A stretch of 64,000 bases of DNA from Phoronis australis (lineage: Eukaryota > Animalia > Phoronida): contig NMRA01000426.1 of NCBI GenBank assembly GCA_002633005.1, positions 3,481 through 67,480 of the forward strand. Reading direction: 5' to 3'. How positions within the stretch are numbered: the stretch's first letter is position 1; each line of letters opens with the position of its first letter. The position numbers and the translations under genes are program-made. Positions 24,401 through 39,400 of this stretch are shown piece by piece. The notes beneath the pieces are model-generated. The model saw nothing but the letters and a program-made list of their open reading frames with translations. It did no database searches and was not told the origin of the DNA.

Positions 24401-27400
24401 AAAACAGCCGCTAGCAACCGCCATAGTAGTCGAAGTCATCGGAAAACCATCGTCAGCAGCCCTCTTCACAGTAAGAACATAATAAATGCTAATTTTTCAA
24501 AATCATCCCTAGAGCGGTCGGGTTGATCGACCGGCAGATGCTGAAAACAGACTCGAAAACAGTAAAAATGGCAACTACAGGGCTTGGAATGACCAATGAC
24601 AAAAAACGCGGAAACTTTGAAACTTTTATGGCCCAAATCATGCCCGATAACCAGCCTTGAAATGGTCAATGTGAAACCTTTCCCCGACAAAAATCGGGAG
24701 GACTAAAAAAAAAAGTTACCACCATNGACTAAAGGCTTCCCACCTGACCACAATCATCTTTAAAGCTGCATCACATGGATAAACAGGCCAGACCAATAAG
24801 CTGTAATCATTACTGATGATCCGACCAATCACAGGTGCACAGATTACTTATGACATGACCAATCAGAGGCTGACTTGTAATCATTGTTGATCAACTAACC
24901 TGTTGGAGGTTTAATTACAAACCCAACAATGGCCTCACCATCAATCCAGTTTTGTACAATGAACATATTCGCAAAGTGTAAACTCACACGTAACTGTCAA
25001 AGATCAGCGTAACTACACCCATATAATCAGACTAGTTTGAAAAACAAGAGCAACGCGGAGCATTGAAATGCGCCCACGAATGCACCCTTAACGGCGGTTG
25101 TGCTTCTAGGGGTGTTTATTTGGAACATAAAAATGGCCAGTAGATGGCGCAAAATACGTCAAATCCATCTGAAAACTTAATATGTCATCAAAGCCATTTA
25201 CCAAATTTCCTAAAAATCCGTCAAGGAACTTCTGAGAAACAGCTAGAGGAAAATGAAAAAATAAAATTGTGACTAAGAGGTTATAGGCGCAAAACAACAT
25301 AACTGCCACTAAGAGGTGCCACAGCAGATAAAGTCGTAGGAAAATCATCGTCAGATATCGTCTTCACATTAGGAACAGATATGACAATTTCCACAACTTA
25401 TGATCCTTAGAGTGGCTTGGTTGACAGAGGGAAAGGCACCAAATAACTCACAAATAGATACCTTTAATCTGATAAATTTTATGAAAATCTGTTGAGGACC
25501 TTTGAAGATAAAGGTAAAATTAAGAAACTAAAATTGCCACTAGGGGGCACACTGGTAGTCGGATCCATCCAAAAGTCCTCGTCATTTGTTGTCAAGCTCA
25601 TAAAAATACACTTGTTGAATTTAATAAAGATCCTGGATACATAACCTATTTCCACAATCATCCTTAGAGTGTTTTTTTGACATAGGGGCAGATACCAAAA
25701 AGAGAAGACTCGAAAACAGTAAAAATGGCCACAAGATGATGCAAAATGCCTCGAATTTAACCGGAACTGGATGATAGCACCACCTCACTAATAGATGCCT
25801 AACTGCCAAATTTTATGAAAATCCATTGACGACCTTTTAAGATACAGAGGTAAACGTGAAAAACTATAAAATTGCCACTAGGGGGAACACTGGTAACCCG
25901 ATCCCTCCGAAAGTCGTCGTCTTCCGTTGTCAACTTCATGTAAATACACCAGCAAAATTCAATAANNNNNNNNNNNNNNNNNNNNNNNNNNNNNNNNNNN
26001 NNNNNNNNNNNNNNNNNNNNNNNNNNNNNNNNNNNNNNNNNNNNNNNNNNNNNNNNNNNNNNNNNNNNNNNNNNNNNNNNNNNNNNNNNNNNNNNNNNNN
26101 NNNNNNNNNNNNNNNNNNNNNNNNNNNNNNNNNNNNNNNNNNNNNNNNNNNNNNNNNNNNNNNNNNNNNNNNNNNNNNNNNNNNNNNNNNNNNNNNNNNN
26201 NNNNNNNNNNNNNNNNNNNNNNNNNNNNNNNNNNNNNNNNNNNNNNNNNNNNNNNNNNNNNNNNNNNNNNNNNNNNNNNNNNNNNNNNNNNNNNNNNNNN
26301 NNNNNNNNNNNNNNNNNNNNNNNNNNNNNNNNNNNNNNNNNNNNNNNNNNNNNNNNNNNNNNNNNNNNNNNNNNNNNNNNNNNNNNNNNNNNNNNNNNNN
26401 NNNNNNNNNNNNNNNNNNNNNNNNNNNNNNNNNNNNNNNNNNNNNNNNNNNNNNNNNNNNNNNNNNNNNNNNNNNNNNNNNNNNNNNNNNNNNNNNNNNN
26501 NNNNNNNNNNNNNNNNNNNNNNNNNNNNNNNNNNNNNNNNNNNNNNNNNNNNNNNNNNNNNNNNNNNNNNNNNNNNNNNNNNNNNNNNNNNNNAACACGA
26601 GACGCCATTGAAAATCCCACCACGCTGTCCCAGATGCCCCGGCAATGTTGACAATTTACGTTCCTCCGAAACATAAAGAGCAACTTCCGCTTTTCGAGGT
26701 GAACGTCGTCTGCAACGCCGCGGTAAGAAAGGAATTTGCCGCGGAAATTTTATATCAAATCCGATTTTTTTACGCGGAAATATTATATAAAAAACGGAAA
26801 GCACATTTGAAAAAAGCGGAAATCCGCGTTTCCGCAGAAAATTCCAAGCCCTGCAACTAGGTGGCGCAAAGTACCTCGAATCTGACCGAAAACAGGAGGA
26901 TGGCATCATCTCACTAACAGATGCCTAACTGTCAAATTTTATGAAAATCCGTTATGGACCTCCGAAGATACAGAGGTAAGCGTAAAAAACTAAAATTGCC
27001 AATAGGGGGAACACCAGTAGTCGGAGAGGACCGAAATTCGCCGTCGTCCGTCGTCAGGTTTGATAAGAACACCTCTGCCAAATCTCATGAAGATCCTGTG
27101 AAGCGTTTAGGAGATACAGCTGCGGACAACAGACGTCCAAACAGAGATGACAGCAATATGCGACCACATATAAATATGTTGGCGCATAAAAAAACTGTTT
27201 GAAATTCTGCACAGCACTGCCAGAATCATACATGAGTTGAACTCCATGCAAAGTGACAATAAGTGGCGCCCTCGCAGAAGAGCAGTACATAGTTGAAACA
27301 TATAAAAGTTGAACTCACTGTGACAAGTGGCGCCCTCACAGTAGCGCAGTATATAGTTGGAACATATAAAAGTTGAACTCACTGTGACAAGTAGCGACCT

Positions 27401-30400
27401 CACANNNNNNNNNNNNNNNNNNNNNNNNNNNNNNNNNNNNNNNNNNNNNNNNNNNNNNNNNNNNNNNNNNNNNNNNNNNNNNNNNNNNNNNNNGATAGTC
27501 TTCATACAGGTACAGTCGGTAACTTACCAACCCTTCAAGTTTACAGCCTAGAGCTGCCGGAGTATTGGCCGACAACTGGCTGACTGGATGGCTAGAGTCC
27601 ACATTGCCCTCAGCACAGTCACTGGCACCAGTTACACCGGCAAATTTTCGTCTGACGATGACGATGACTAGGTATCACTTTGTGTTGCCTCGGCTCAAAC
27701 AGGCATCCCTTGTGACCCGAAATTTCACACTAAAATTCCTTATTCCGACAATGTAATACACGCTACTTGATTGCACGCTAACACAGGACAGTGAGTTTGC
27801 CCCCGCCAAATACGTCACGAGACTAAGCAGCGCTCCAAGCCGGTAATTTTTTGAGATTCGTTAGAGAACATAAGTTTAATTTTTGGTGTTGAATTATTCG
27901 TGAAATTAATCAACAATTCATTGAAAACTATCCAGAATTTATTCAGAATAAAATACAGTTCCCTTTTAAGGTGCTGGACTCGAATTATCTGTAGTTTCAG
28001 AAGTCGTGGGTTCAAATCCTGCCTCGCACAAAAAAATCATACCATGAGTGTACTACGTATCTGTGCTCGTTCTTCTAAGAACGTGGGAACACCTAACGAT
28101 GGCCGGAGAAGAGACCGACCGTAACGTCGTGACAGTGTATATAGACTAGAGGTCGGTGTAAATAGACCAAGGGATTTTAATAATAGTTGCTATTTGGTTA
28201 TCTAACAAACTGTATATATAAAATGGTGTTTCAGGCAAGCTTAACTAAGTTCACTTTAGCCTTAAGTCGAAAATTTGTCACAGCTTCCAGTTTTGAAATT
28301 TTTACACCCGGTAAGTTAGTCAAAATTAAGAAAAAAATTAAATCAAAAGTTTAATAAGTCAAAGTTAAGATCACTTTCTTGGAGCGACATTATGACAAAT
28401 TGAAGTGATTATCTTAAAATTGACTGAAATTTAAGATTAATGTCTTAGCTAAGTCAATTTTATTGGACTGATCCCCTGGTATCAAGACAACAATTGAACT
28501 AAAAGCAACAGGTGCATGCCATATCATTGGATTAACTGACAGTTTGAAATGAATATTCCCATGTAACTAAATGAAACTTCATTTCACATTAACTGTTCCA
28601 GGTATTCAAATGTGTCATTACATCACACGCTATTAAGGTTTGTTAAACATATCATCTGGGAGTAATATTTCATTATAGTCCTAGATATCATACATGTCAA
28701 TCAAGTCTCATTTAAGAAAAATCAAAATCAAATGCATAATGAACGTGAAGATGGTCGACCAGAGTAAACTCATCTTCATGATGAAGAGTTCAAATGTGAC
28801 GTTTACATGACAGCGTTGACAGTGTCAACCCAAAATGTGACGTTTACATGACAGCATTGACATCGTCAATCCAAATGTGAATTTCAAGACACACACACCA
28901 TTGACACAGTGTTAACAAACAAGGAACAACCTGACACTTGAGTGTAATTAACATGTGCAACAATATATTCTGTACACAACTGAACACAGCAGTTTGACTA
29001 GGCGCTTACTCTATATGGCACCCATTTTGGAGGAATTTTAACTACTAGTTGAAACACAACACAGTGTCAAGTTAGAGGTTAAACCAACTGGTAAGCTGTG
29101 TAGACTACACTCAGTAATACCTAGCAGCACTGTGTCACATTGCACTAAGTTAAATGTTTAAATACAAGAACATACTGCATCAAAGTAAACTCTACAATGT
29201 TAACTCACAATGTTCAGCTGTACAGCCATTCATTTGAAAACAAGCAAATTAAGCCAGTGAAGACTAATGAATGAGAGCCAAAGAGGGCAAATCAAAGGGA
29301 GCAAAATTAAGTTAAGCAAAGCTAGAAAAGGCTTAGGCACAGCCAAGGAATGATAAGCAACACACGACATGGTTGCAGTAAACAAAGCCTGGCAAAAGTA
29401 TGCATTACAAGCCTACACAAGACATGGTTGCAGTAAACAAAGCCTGGCAAAAGTATGCATTACAAGCCTACACAAGACATGGTTGCAGTAAACAAAGCCT
29501 GGCAAAAGTATGCATTACAAGCCTACACAACAGACTTTATAAGCAACACATTGATCATTAATTCAAAAAAGGAACACTTTCTGAATTTTTATGAACTTGC
29601 TTCCAAATAAGGCCTCCGGAAAGTCCTAACTCAGGATTCTCATTTAGCGATTAAGCAAGATGAAACTATAAGCCATGAAATGGAGCAACATATACTTGCA
29701 AATGAAAAGAACACAGTTTTTAACTAAAACCAAGTTAAACTCACCAGTTACATTACGTGCTTCTGTAAATATTAAAAGATCATCCCGCATTTTAGTGATC
29801 ATTGATAAAATTTGTTACATTTAGTGATTTCCATTAGAACTGCTTGATTCAGAAGCACATCCTCACATGGTACACCAAGCTGATTCTACAAGTTATGCAA
29901 AACAATTCTTTGTAAGCTAACTGTGAATCATGAGCAGATGGTCCATGCTGTGACAAACAAGTTCATTCATAATTGAGAATTGTCATGAGATCGCATAAAG
30001 ACACGGCTTGTCTTATAGATTGCTGTAGCCACATGATACTATGCTTTATGGAAAAGCTGTTCTCCAAACACCGTTAGCTTGTTGTTTTTAAAATGATATA
30101 CATTTGCACAAGAGGCAATCAAAAATAGAACTGATATAATTTTCATGAAAAAATCAACAATAATTTGGTCATGTTATTGATATCTTTGTTTTGCTATGAA
30201 TGTACAATTATTTTTTGGTAATTTGTTTAAAGGAACCACAAAGCGCTCATATGTGTGCACGACTGCACCCTTCTAGGGGTGTTTATTGATAGAAACGTTA
30301 TAAGCCAAATTTCATGAACATCCATGACAAAACCCTACATTACTATCAAAGGATGCTACTGTAGTTGGCATCATGCCAAGATCAACCTCAACCTCACGTA

Positions 30401-33400
30401 TGTACTTTCTTCAACTAGCACACATACCAAATATTGTAAACATCCATCAACTTGGTGTATATTGAGGGCAAAAAACAAAGTTACCATAAGAGGAGCCACG
30501 GTAGTTGGATTATGTCAGTCAAGATCATCTCAGCAAGAATACGTCTGTAAAGTTTCAAGTGTTTTCGCTGATAAAGAGGCTGGTGCAAAAATAGAATTAA
30601 GCTAAAATGGTCACTAGGGGGTGTGGACAACTACCTGAAAATGGAAACATCTCGTCATCTTTACAACAGAAAGTTCCCAGAAATTGGCAGGAATACAAGC
30701 ATATGAAAAGAATTCTTTGCCAAAATTCATGAAAATCCATCAAAGAACTCAGTAGGTAAGGAGGCTTACGAAGAAAAAATAACAAAATTGCCATTAAGGA
30801 GAACAGCAGTAATTGAATCCGTCCAAAAATTTGTTTGTGCCATCCCATAATAGAAAGACATCTCATTAACATAAATCAAGGGACTTGGGTGATACTGGAT
30901 GCTAACACAGACGGCATCATGATGCGTCCACACATTACTCAATTGTTTCTCGTGAACCCCCAAAATTTTGTGATTCAAATGGGTTGTGACTGATCAACAC
31001 CATTCATTCTATCTTATCTTAAAAGACCATCAGTAACACTCCACTGAATAAGAATGTCGTATACCTGAACTCATAGGGTAGATACACTTGGACCATGTGA
31101 TACCCCAATAGGAATCTGATTGGTTTGTTGCAGTGGTGACAACACCAATTCCTACTTTGATCTGATTGGCTCCACTACCAAACAATAGTTCTGTATCCAA
31201 CATTTTACTGGTTCTGTTGGCCTCTACCTCAATGTAATGAACTGGACCCTGAAAGTGAAAGGAGTTGTAAAACACTTGATTTCAGACATTGGAAATTTTC
31301 CTTAGAATTTGGAGTCCTATTTGTGAGATTTTTACGCTTCAGGAAAACTGTCAACTAGGACTGCCAGGAAACTTAATACATTTGCTGGCATCAAAGTCAA
31401 GGTCACCATAGCAAAATAAGGCAAAATGTTAAAAACAGAAGACAGTTCTATGTATGAACACTAGTTGGAGTTAATATAAAATGACCGTAGTTACTGTGAT
31501 CTACTTGAACTGAAAGATGCTCACACAGTTAAGTTTTTATTCTCTTGGACAATACAATATGAAACATCAAAGAATTAAAGAATAATCCATAAACTATAAT
31601 AGGACATCCAACTCACAGAGCAATATAGTGAAATGGTCCTTTCACACAGGTAGAGCACATATCCCTTGATCACCAGCTCCATTTTAGGTGGTCTCCACAG
31701 AACATGGATAATATGTTTACTCTGAGTTGGCTCCACTCCAAAGTTAATAAACAACAAAGAACCTTAAATGAAAAGAGAGATCAATTAAGACATTTACATT
31801 CAACAAGATTGAAATTATAAAGCTGGGAACTAGCAAAATGTTTTGTGTGCTGTACATATCACATGTCATGACACTGTCAACTAAAGTATTATACACACTG
31901 TAATGTGCCTTGTGCACAGTTTACACTGATCTTCATGTAATGTTCTACACCTGCAACAGAGGGCACATGTCATGACACTGCCAACTGAAGTATTATACAC
32001 ACTGTAATGTGCCTTGTGCACAGTTTACACTGATCTTCATGTAATGTTCTACACCTGCAACAGAGGGCGCATGTCATGACACTGTCAACTGAAGTATTAT
32101 ACACACTGTAATGAGCCTTGAGCACAGTTTACACTGATCTTCATGTAATGCGCTACAGCTGCAACAGGGGGCACATGTCATGACACTGACATTAACTAAA
32201 GTATTATAGACCTAATTCACGCCGACAGGAGGCATGTTCCAAAGCGAGGCTCCCTACGATAGTTCTGTTGGCTTATCGGCATAGTATTCCGCGTTGCTCG
32301 AACGGCTAGAACACGAACATTCAACTGTCTGTTTTAAAATCCCTAAGGACATTGAGATTCAGAAGCGTTGGGTCGTTGCCATAAACCGCAACGAACGAAA
32401 ATATGTCCATGTAAAATTTATAAATGTTATCGAAAAGTTAGATCAATTTTGTTCCATCTCGGTTGCCGAGCATCATAGCAACAACTGGAGAATCTTCGGC
32501 AAGCCAGGCATTTTTTATGACTGCGGGTTGCATTTTTCTATCCAAAAAGGACAGGGCCCTCAATCCCTTGATTTTGGGGCTGAATATCGTCCCTATTCCC
32601 CACTCAAAAATATTAAAAAATTCCGCGAAATTCCCCCCCACGAGGCCTAAAAATTCTAGTGATTGAAATTTATCTTCGAAGTTCAAATCACCAAACCACA
32701 CGTAACAATTTGAAAGATCACAAAATGCTACTTGAGACAGGGCCTGTGAGAACTTGCAACAGGGCAGGTGTGCTATTGATGGCAACCGGGAGGAAAAATT
32801 TTCCCCTCACTCGGTGAAAATTACCCTCTCAGAAGGCATAGGCACCTTTCCCCTCGGATAACGAGGCCCCTGAAGAAGCATGATAACTACGTAATGCTTG
32901 CTCTGTCCAGTTAACAGAAATTGAGCTCTAAAATGAGATTATATGCTTTAGACGAATGAATTAGGTGTTTTAATTTTAAAATTTCACTTGGTCCAGATTG
33001 ATATCTAACACATCAATTAGACGTAAGAACTATTAATGAAAACCAAGAAAGCAGAATTGATTTTCAAATAATTTTTATTTTCAATAATTTTTATTTTCAA
33101 TTATTAGCCTGGTTATTTATTTTAATAAAAATATATTTAATAACATCAATTATTCTTTCAGATCAATGACAAATCAACTATTAGTCCCGGTAGTCCCTAC
33201 CTCACCTAGACCTAGGCTATGCTTGATCAACAAATTAAACCAGATGTGACTAATTGTACATGACAGCCACCACTGTCGAATATGTTTTCAACTCGTCAAT
33301 AATACAAGCAGATGACCTGCATAGTTCGTGTAGAAAGCATTATCAACAACTTACAAGAATAAACGTAACCCTGCATTCACCATAATACCTAATCCGTAAC

Positions 33401-36400
33401 ACTACGATCTCTGCAATTTGGTCATATTTACGTTTTATGATTCGAACTTAGTTTTCCAAAAAAAATTATATCCTTTCGTCAGACAACTCTTTGGTGCACT
33501 GACTTGTTCTCTAATGTATTTTTCTACGTCTGTCTGTATTTAATTATTGACACATTTTTACAATTTAATATCCAAGCTGGACTCAAAAGACAGGCCATCT
33601 AACTCACGCAATGTCAACTTCCGCTTTGTTTATCGCAGTGAGCCTCGCTTTGGATTTTAATGTCCGCCGCGTGAGTTAGGTCTATACACACTGTAATATG
33701 CCTTGTGCACAATTTACACTGATCTTCATGTAATGTTCTACAGCTGCAACAGAGGGCACACGTCACGACACCGACACTAACTGAAGTATTATACACACTG
33801 TAATGGGCCTTGTGTACACTGATCTTCATGTAATGTGCTACAGGTCCAACAGAGGGCACGTGTGTCTTTTACCAAATCTATAAGTAACATTTAAAAAAGA
33901 CATACATACTTGTAGTGACAATTAGTCGTGAGTACTGCTGTGATTGGCCAACGTTGTTCACGCTGCGTAGATCAATCACATACGGAGGGCTGCCATGCAG
34001 CTTAACATCTCTGTAGTATTGATCTGGCTTGTTGACAAAGATGGTTGTGTTATCATGAAACAAGCGATAACCAACCAACAAACCATTGTGATCACGGTCA
34101 TCAAGAGCCTGGTGAAAGACAAAAAGGTGCAAGTGATATTTATCTATCATCTGTAAACAAATGCTACATCTGATATAAACCAATTAAATACTATTATGAA
34201 CTTGATATAAACTTGTGGGGAGTTCTGATAGGTTGCTTTTTCTAAAAAACATTGGGCTAAGATTGTATCTATTTGGACTAGACAAATAGATTCAGGTTCC
34301 ATCTATGTATAGCTTAGACAGATAAATTCAGGATATATCTAAACTGACAAGGCAAATAGAAGTATGTAAGTTTTGAGACATCCAGTTGAGATATCAAAAT
34401 ACAGAAAAACTTAAGTCGAATCCTGGAATTTGCTTACTTGAGTTAGCAACGTTTCATCTGTCTCTCACGGACTTCAGCTTGGCTAGGGGTGTGACTATCG
34501 TTCAGGCCAATAGATGGCGTTTTAGCCACACGACGCAGCATCGAGGTCAAGACACTATCCCAAATTTCTGCTTTCTTCAAGCATTAATGAATTTGAGCAT
34601 AACACCAAGTTCACTCACGAACCCAGCAGAGACAGTAAGCTACCTTCTCTGAACCGTTTGTTCTCCATCAAACTGAACAGATCGTTTGACACGAAAGAAA
34701 AACGCAAGAGTGCTCATACTAACCACTATCTACAATTTGACTGAAGCCATCCAGTCATACACAAGCTGGGGGTGCTCTACACTTTGGACCATTGGACCAC
34801 ACAGCCAATATGAACATGTGTGATCGTTTGGTCATTTCTGAGGAAATGATCGATCAGTGATCCCTGTCAATAATAACGGCATGCTAAAGTTTCTTAATGT
34901 TCGTACTTCGGGAGCATAACATCACGTGTTTTGTACACATACGCGCACGCCGCAGATCACATCTCGGAAATTGCCGATTTGACGGATGACAATGAATGAG
35001 CACAATGAAATTAAACAATGTTGTTTTACAGCTTGTAAGACTCATAATAAACGTATTTTGAATATTGCAATGCATGTGTTCCAAAATCTAAATAACTTGG
35101 GTCCTATGTTTTTGTATTCGTAAGCAGCGCTGAATAAAAGTAATCGTGAGTGTTGCTGTGTTGCAAAATCTCTTATCCTGGGCCGATTAGAAAAATTCAA
35201 AGTTGTACTCGTATTTGTTTTCGCTCCTCTTTTCAAATATTACAGTAAAAACTACGTAAAACTCTCTCTATAAAAAGTACAGTCTGCTAGCTAGATTGTA
35301 ATCAGCTGATCATATCCGCATGAGCGAAGCCAATTATCCTTGCTCGTGACTCGATGAATAGAGCAGCTTGGCGGCATCCCTTTGATCGTGAGCCGAGCGC
35401 AACTCAGACAAGGTGGATAAATACGGTCTAGTTCAATCTGCCCAACCCCACCGTTTACCCTGATAGGCGGGGTTTGGGCCAATCTTATTTAGTGGGAATG
35501 TTTATAGCATGCCCCATGTTCGTCGTTCGTCAAAACGGAAAGATCAGAGAAAAGGGTCAACCCTCAGACGACCATAACTGTGAATCCCCTACTCAGGTAG
35601 GAATATATTCAGGGACTGTCTCATCTCCTCCAGAGGACATTTCAACAGTTTGGCATTTCTACGTCCACAAACGGTTTAATCCTCTTCACAGCCAACTGGC
35701 TGACGTGTTCTAAGGCTCCTAAGCACGATAAATCATGCCTGGGCTATGGTGTTCAGTGCAAGGACTCCCATTTGCTCAGACAGCTATGCAGGTGACTGAA
35801 TGAAACGGTCCTTAAAAATGCGGGTCACAACATCGTCACCCTATACTTATGGGGACATATGACTCGGCTATTTTTAGCCACTTATGCGTCACCAAACAGG
35901 ATTTTGACAATGATGATGTCACTATCATATACTACACTGTGCGGAAAGATTGCTTCAGGGCTGTCAAAGAAGTGCTGAACGAGCGCATCGAGTGCCCCTC
36001 CCGACAAGGTGGATTAAGGTTCCAACTGTCACACATACGGGATAGTGTTCTCACCATGATGCTGCGTTGTCTGGCTAAAATGCCATCTATTGGCCAGAAC
36101 AATAGTAAAACCATGTGTACTAGTCAGGCTGAAGTCTGTGATAGACACAATGTTGCTAACTCAAGTAAGCAAATTCCAGTTTTTGACTTGATTTTTTCTG
36201 AACTAGACATTAAGTAGATTCAGGTTCCATGCATATGACTAGACAAGTAGATTCAGATTCCATGTATATGGCTAGACAAGTAGATTCAGGTTCCATGCAT
36301 ATGGCTAGACAAGTAGATATTCAGGTTTCAGGTATATGGCTAGACAAGTAGATATTCAGGTATCAGATATATGGCTAGACAACTAGATTCAGGTTCCATG

Positions 36401-39400
36401 CATATGACTAGACAAGTAGATTCAGGTTCCATGCATATGACTAGACAAGTAGATTCAGGTTCCATGCATATGACTAGACAAATAGATTCAGGTTCCATGA
36501 ACATGGCTAGACAAATAGATTCAGGTTCCATGTATATGGCTAGACAAGTAGATTCAGGTTATATAAAAATTAGCTAGACAGGCTGAGGCTCTCAAGCTAA
36601 ACAAACAGACACAGTCACCTACCTGCCAATAGATTCGTACTGTGGACTTGGAAACCCAGATGTAACCACCAGAGGGCAATGCTGGCGCTTTGACAGGCAC
36701 TGAAATATGACAGTAGTCTTGTGAACTTAGGTAGGCATTTGTTGTCTGGTCTTAAGTGCGGTTTACGAGGACTAAAAGTACATTACGATAGCTGTTATTA
36801 GTAGTCACATGACTAGGGAATTGTGGGTGACTTAATTGTTCTCTTTTTGTAGCTCAGCAGCTCTCCTAGGAGTTGGATGTCTGTTTCTAAGTGTGAGTGT
36901 ATGAGAAAGGGTGAGTGCTATGGCTGCATTGTGAATACGTGCTATATGTTGTCACAATGTATGCAGACTAGGGCAGCCACATGTAGCCACCAGGGGACGC
37001 TGCATTTTGGGGTTTTGGCAGGCACTGTAATACTTCATGGTAATACCAGCATTCCAGCCAGTACAGAGTTACAGGGTTACGGCCCGTGCTCGGCTTACCG
37101 CCCACCCCCAATTTTTCATGATCGAGACTTAATATGTAAAAGTATATGTGCTTCTGAGCATGTTCGCCACACAAAATTAAGATTCCAAAACGTGCGCAAC
37201 TCGTTTACCGTTCTGTGACAATCAATCAGTTTTAGTGGAACCAGGACCTTGCCTTACTATGGCAGTAAAATAGCCGTATTCTCATGCCCTTTACTGAAGG
37301 AGACACAATTGTTTCAGTCACGCGGAACTTGTGTCCACATGTACTGATCACTGAGACAGCGCTTGTTATATGTATTTCATTTGCTGTAGAAGAACCAACA
37401 CAGCAGTACTTGACAGGGATATCACGTCCGTGGCCAAACTTTCTGTGATTCCCCGTGACAATACACAAAACATAACCACCCTGAGCATTGAAATAAGAAA
37501 AGACATGCATTGTGACATGCCAACTTGTATCGCTGTTCCCGTCTTGGTTAAAGGCATGTTTATGTTTTTAATGACTTTCACTCCTGACACCAAAATGGAA
37601 GCGCCCAACCAAAGGCAAGAGCACAAAAAACCAACTTGTCGTTAGCGCAAATCGAAAAATTCTGTCCACGTTCTAACTTTAGAGTTGCCTCATGACTTTT
37701 TACACAATGTATTTTTGCTTCATTATTTTGGCAGCTGACCGAGTACCACTATTGCTGACTACCCCTATTGCCTAATAGTAGTATCTTCCGATTGTTGAGC
37801 AGTGCTTTGAACAACAGCTGTGTTGGGTTTGAACAAAAAAGAAATATACAAAGTATATAAAATGTTACACTGTTCAAAGTATTCAATAAGAAGACCTGTC
37901 AATCATTAGCACATGCTTGGTTGCAGGCCTTTATCCAGGATTTCGAAAATAGGGTGTCCAAAATGGGGTTCCCAATATTCCACAGCGTCCATGTTTCCGA
38001 CGCGTAACCCCCAACCCTAGCAATCCCCCCAAACACAGATTTTTTTACAAAAAAATGCATAGACTAAGACTTTTACAATGCTATCAACCAAGTGTGAGCA
38101 CAGCAACATTGTATATATTGTATATTTCTTCCTGCTTTGAAAAAAGAGCCACCACTGTAAGTCTTCACAGGCTTCCTCTAATCATTACAATGTGTGTGTN
38201 GCGGAACTTGTGTCCACATGTACTGATCACTGAGACAGCGCTTGTTATATGTATTTCATTTGCTGTAGAAGAACCAACACAGCAGTACTTGACAGGGATA
38301 TCACGTCCGTGGCCAACCTTTCTGTGATTCCCCGTGAAAATACACAAAACATAACCACCCTGAGCATTGAAATAAGAAAAGACATGCATTGTGACAAGCC
38401 AACTTGTATCGCTGTTCCCGTCTTGGTTAAAGGCATGTTTATGTTTTTATATTTAAAATAATGACTTTCACTCCTGACACCAAAATGGAAGCGCCCAACC
38501 AAAGGCAAGAGCACAAAAAACCAACTTGTCGTTAGCGCAAATCAAAAAATTCTGTCCACGTTCTAACTTTAGAGTTCATGACTTTTTACACAATGTATTT
38601 TTGCTTCATTATTTTGGCAGCTGACCGAGTACCACTATTGCTGACCACACCTATTGCCTAATAGTAGTATCTTCCGATTGTTGAGCAGTGCTTTGAACAA
38701 CAGCTGTGTTGGGTTTGAACAAAAAAGAAATATACAAAGTATATAAAATGTTACACTGTTCAAAGTATTCAATAAGAAGACCTGTCAATCATTAGCACAT
38801 GCTTGGTTGCAGGCCTTTATCCAGGATTTCGAAAATAGGGTGTCCAAAATGGGGTTCCCAATATTCCACAGCGTCCATGTTTCCGACGCGTAACCCCCAA
38901 CCCTAGCAATCCCCCCAAACACAGATTTTTTTACAAAAAAATGCATAGACTAAGACTTTTACAATGCTATCAACCAAGTGTGAGCACAGCAACATTGTAT
39001 ATATTGTATATTTCTTCCTGCTTTGAAAAAAGAGCCACCACTGTAAGTCTTCACAGGCTTCCTCTAATCATTACAATGTGTGTGTGTCCAAACTTGAAAG
39101 GTTCCTATTGATAGTGAGCGTCCAAATGATACATTGGGTGTCCTTGCCAGGGCGTCCATATTAGTGCTAGGACGTCCATTTGGACGCCCAGGACGTACGC
39201 TGCATAAAGGCCTGCTTGGTTGCCTAAGTGTCCAGCAGGAATCAAATCTTTACACATTCAAGTGCTTCCCTTAAAAATGCACCGCAAACTAGCGGAGTCT
39301 TGTTTGATCTGTCTTTTCTCTCAAGAGACTTGCCCTACCGAACGCACGCCTACCTGCAGGAAGTTAGTTCTAAGAGATGATCAGCAGCGACCGAGATACC

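Noticed and set aside
23387-25965. Duplication of intron sequence and HINE end
   Set aside because: It starts right after the single n at 24726 and differs by allele-like SNPs and indels; probably an assembly artefact.
25799-26909. Long ORFs in the track (also 27107-27602 and 58829-59465)
   Set aside because: They read through N gaps.
37322-39085. Direct duplication of about 880 bp with twin ORFs
   Set aside because: Joined at the single n at 38200; the ORFs are TE-internal noise.
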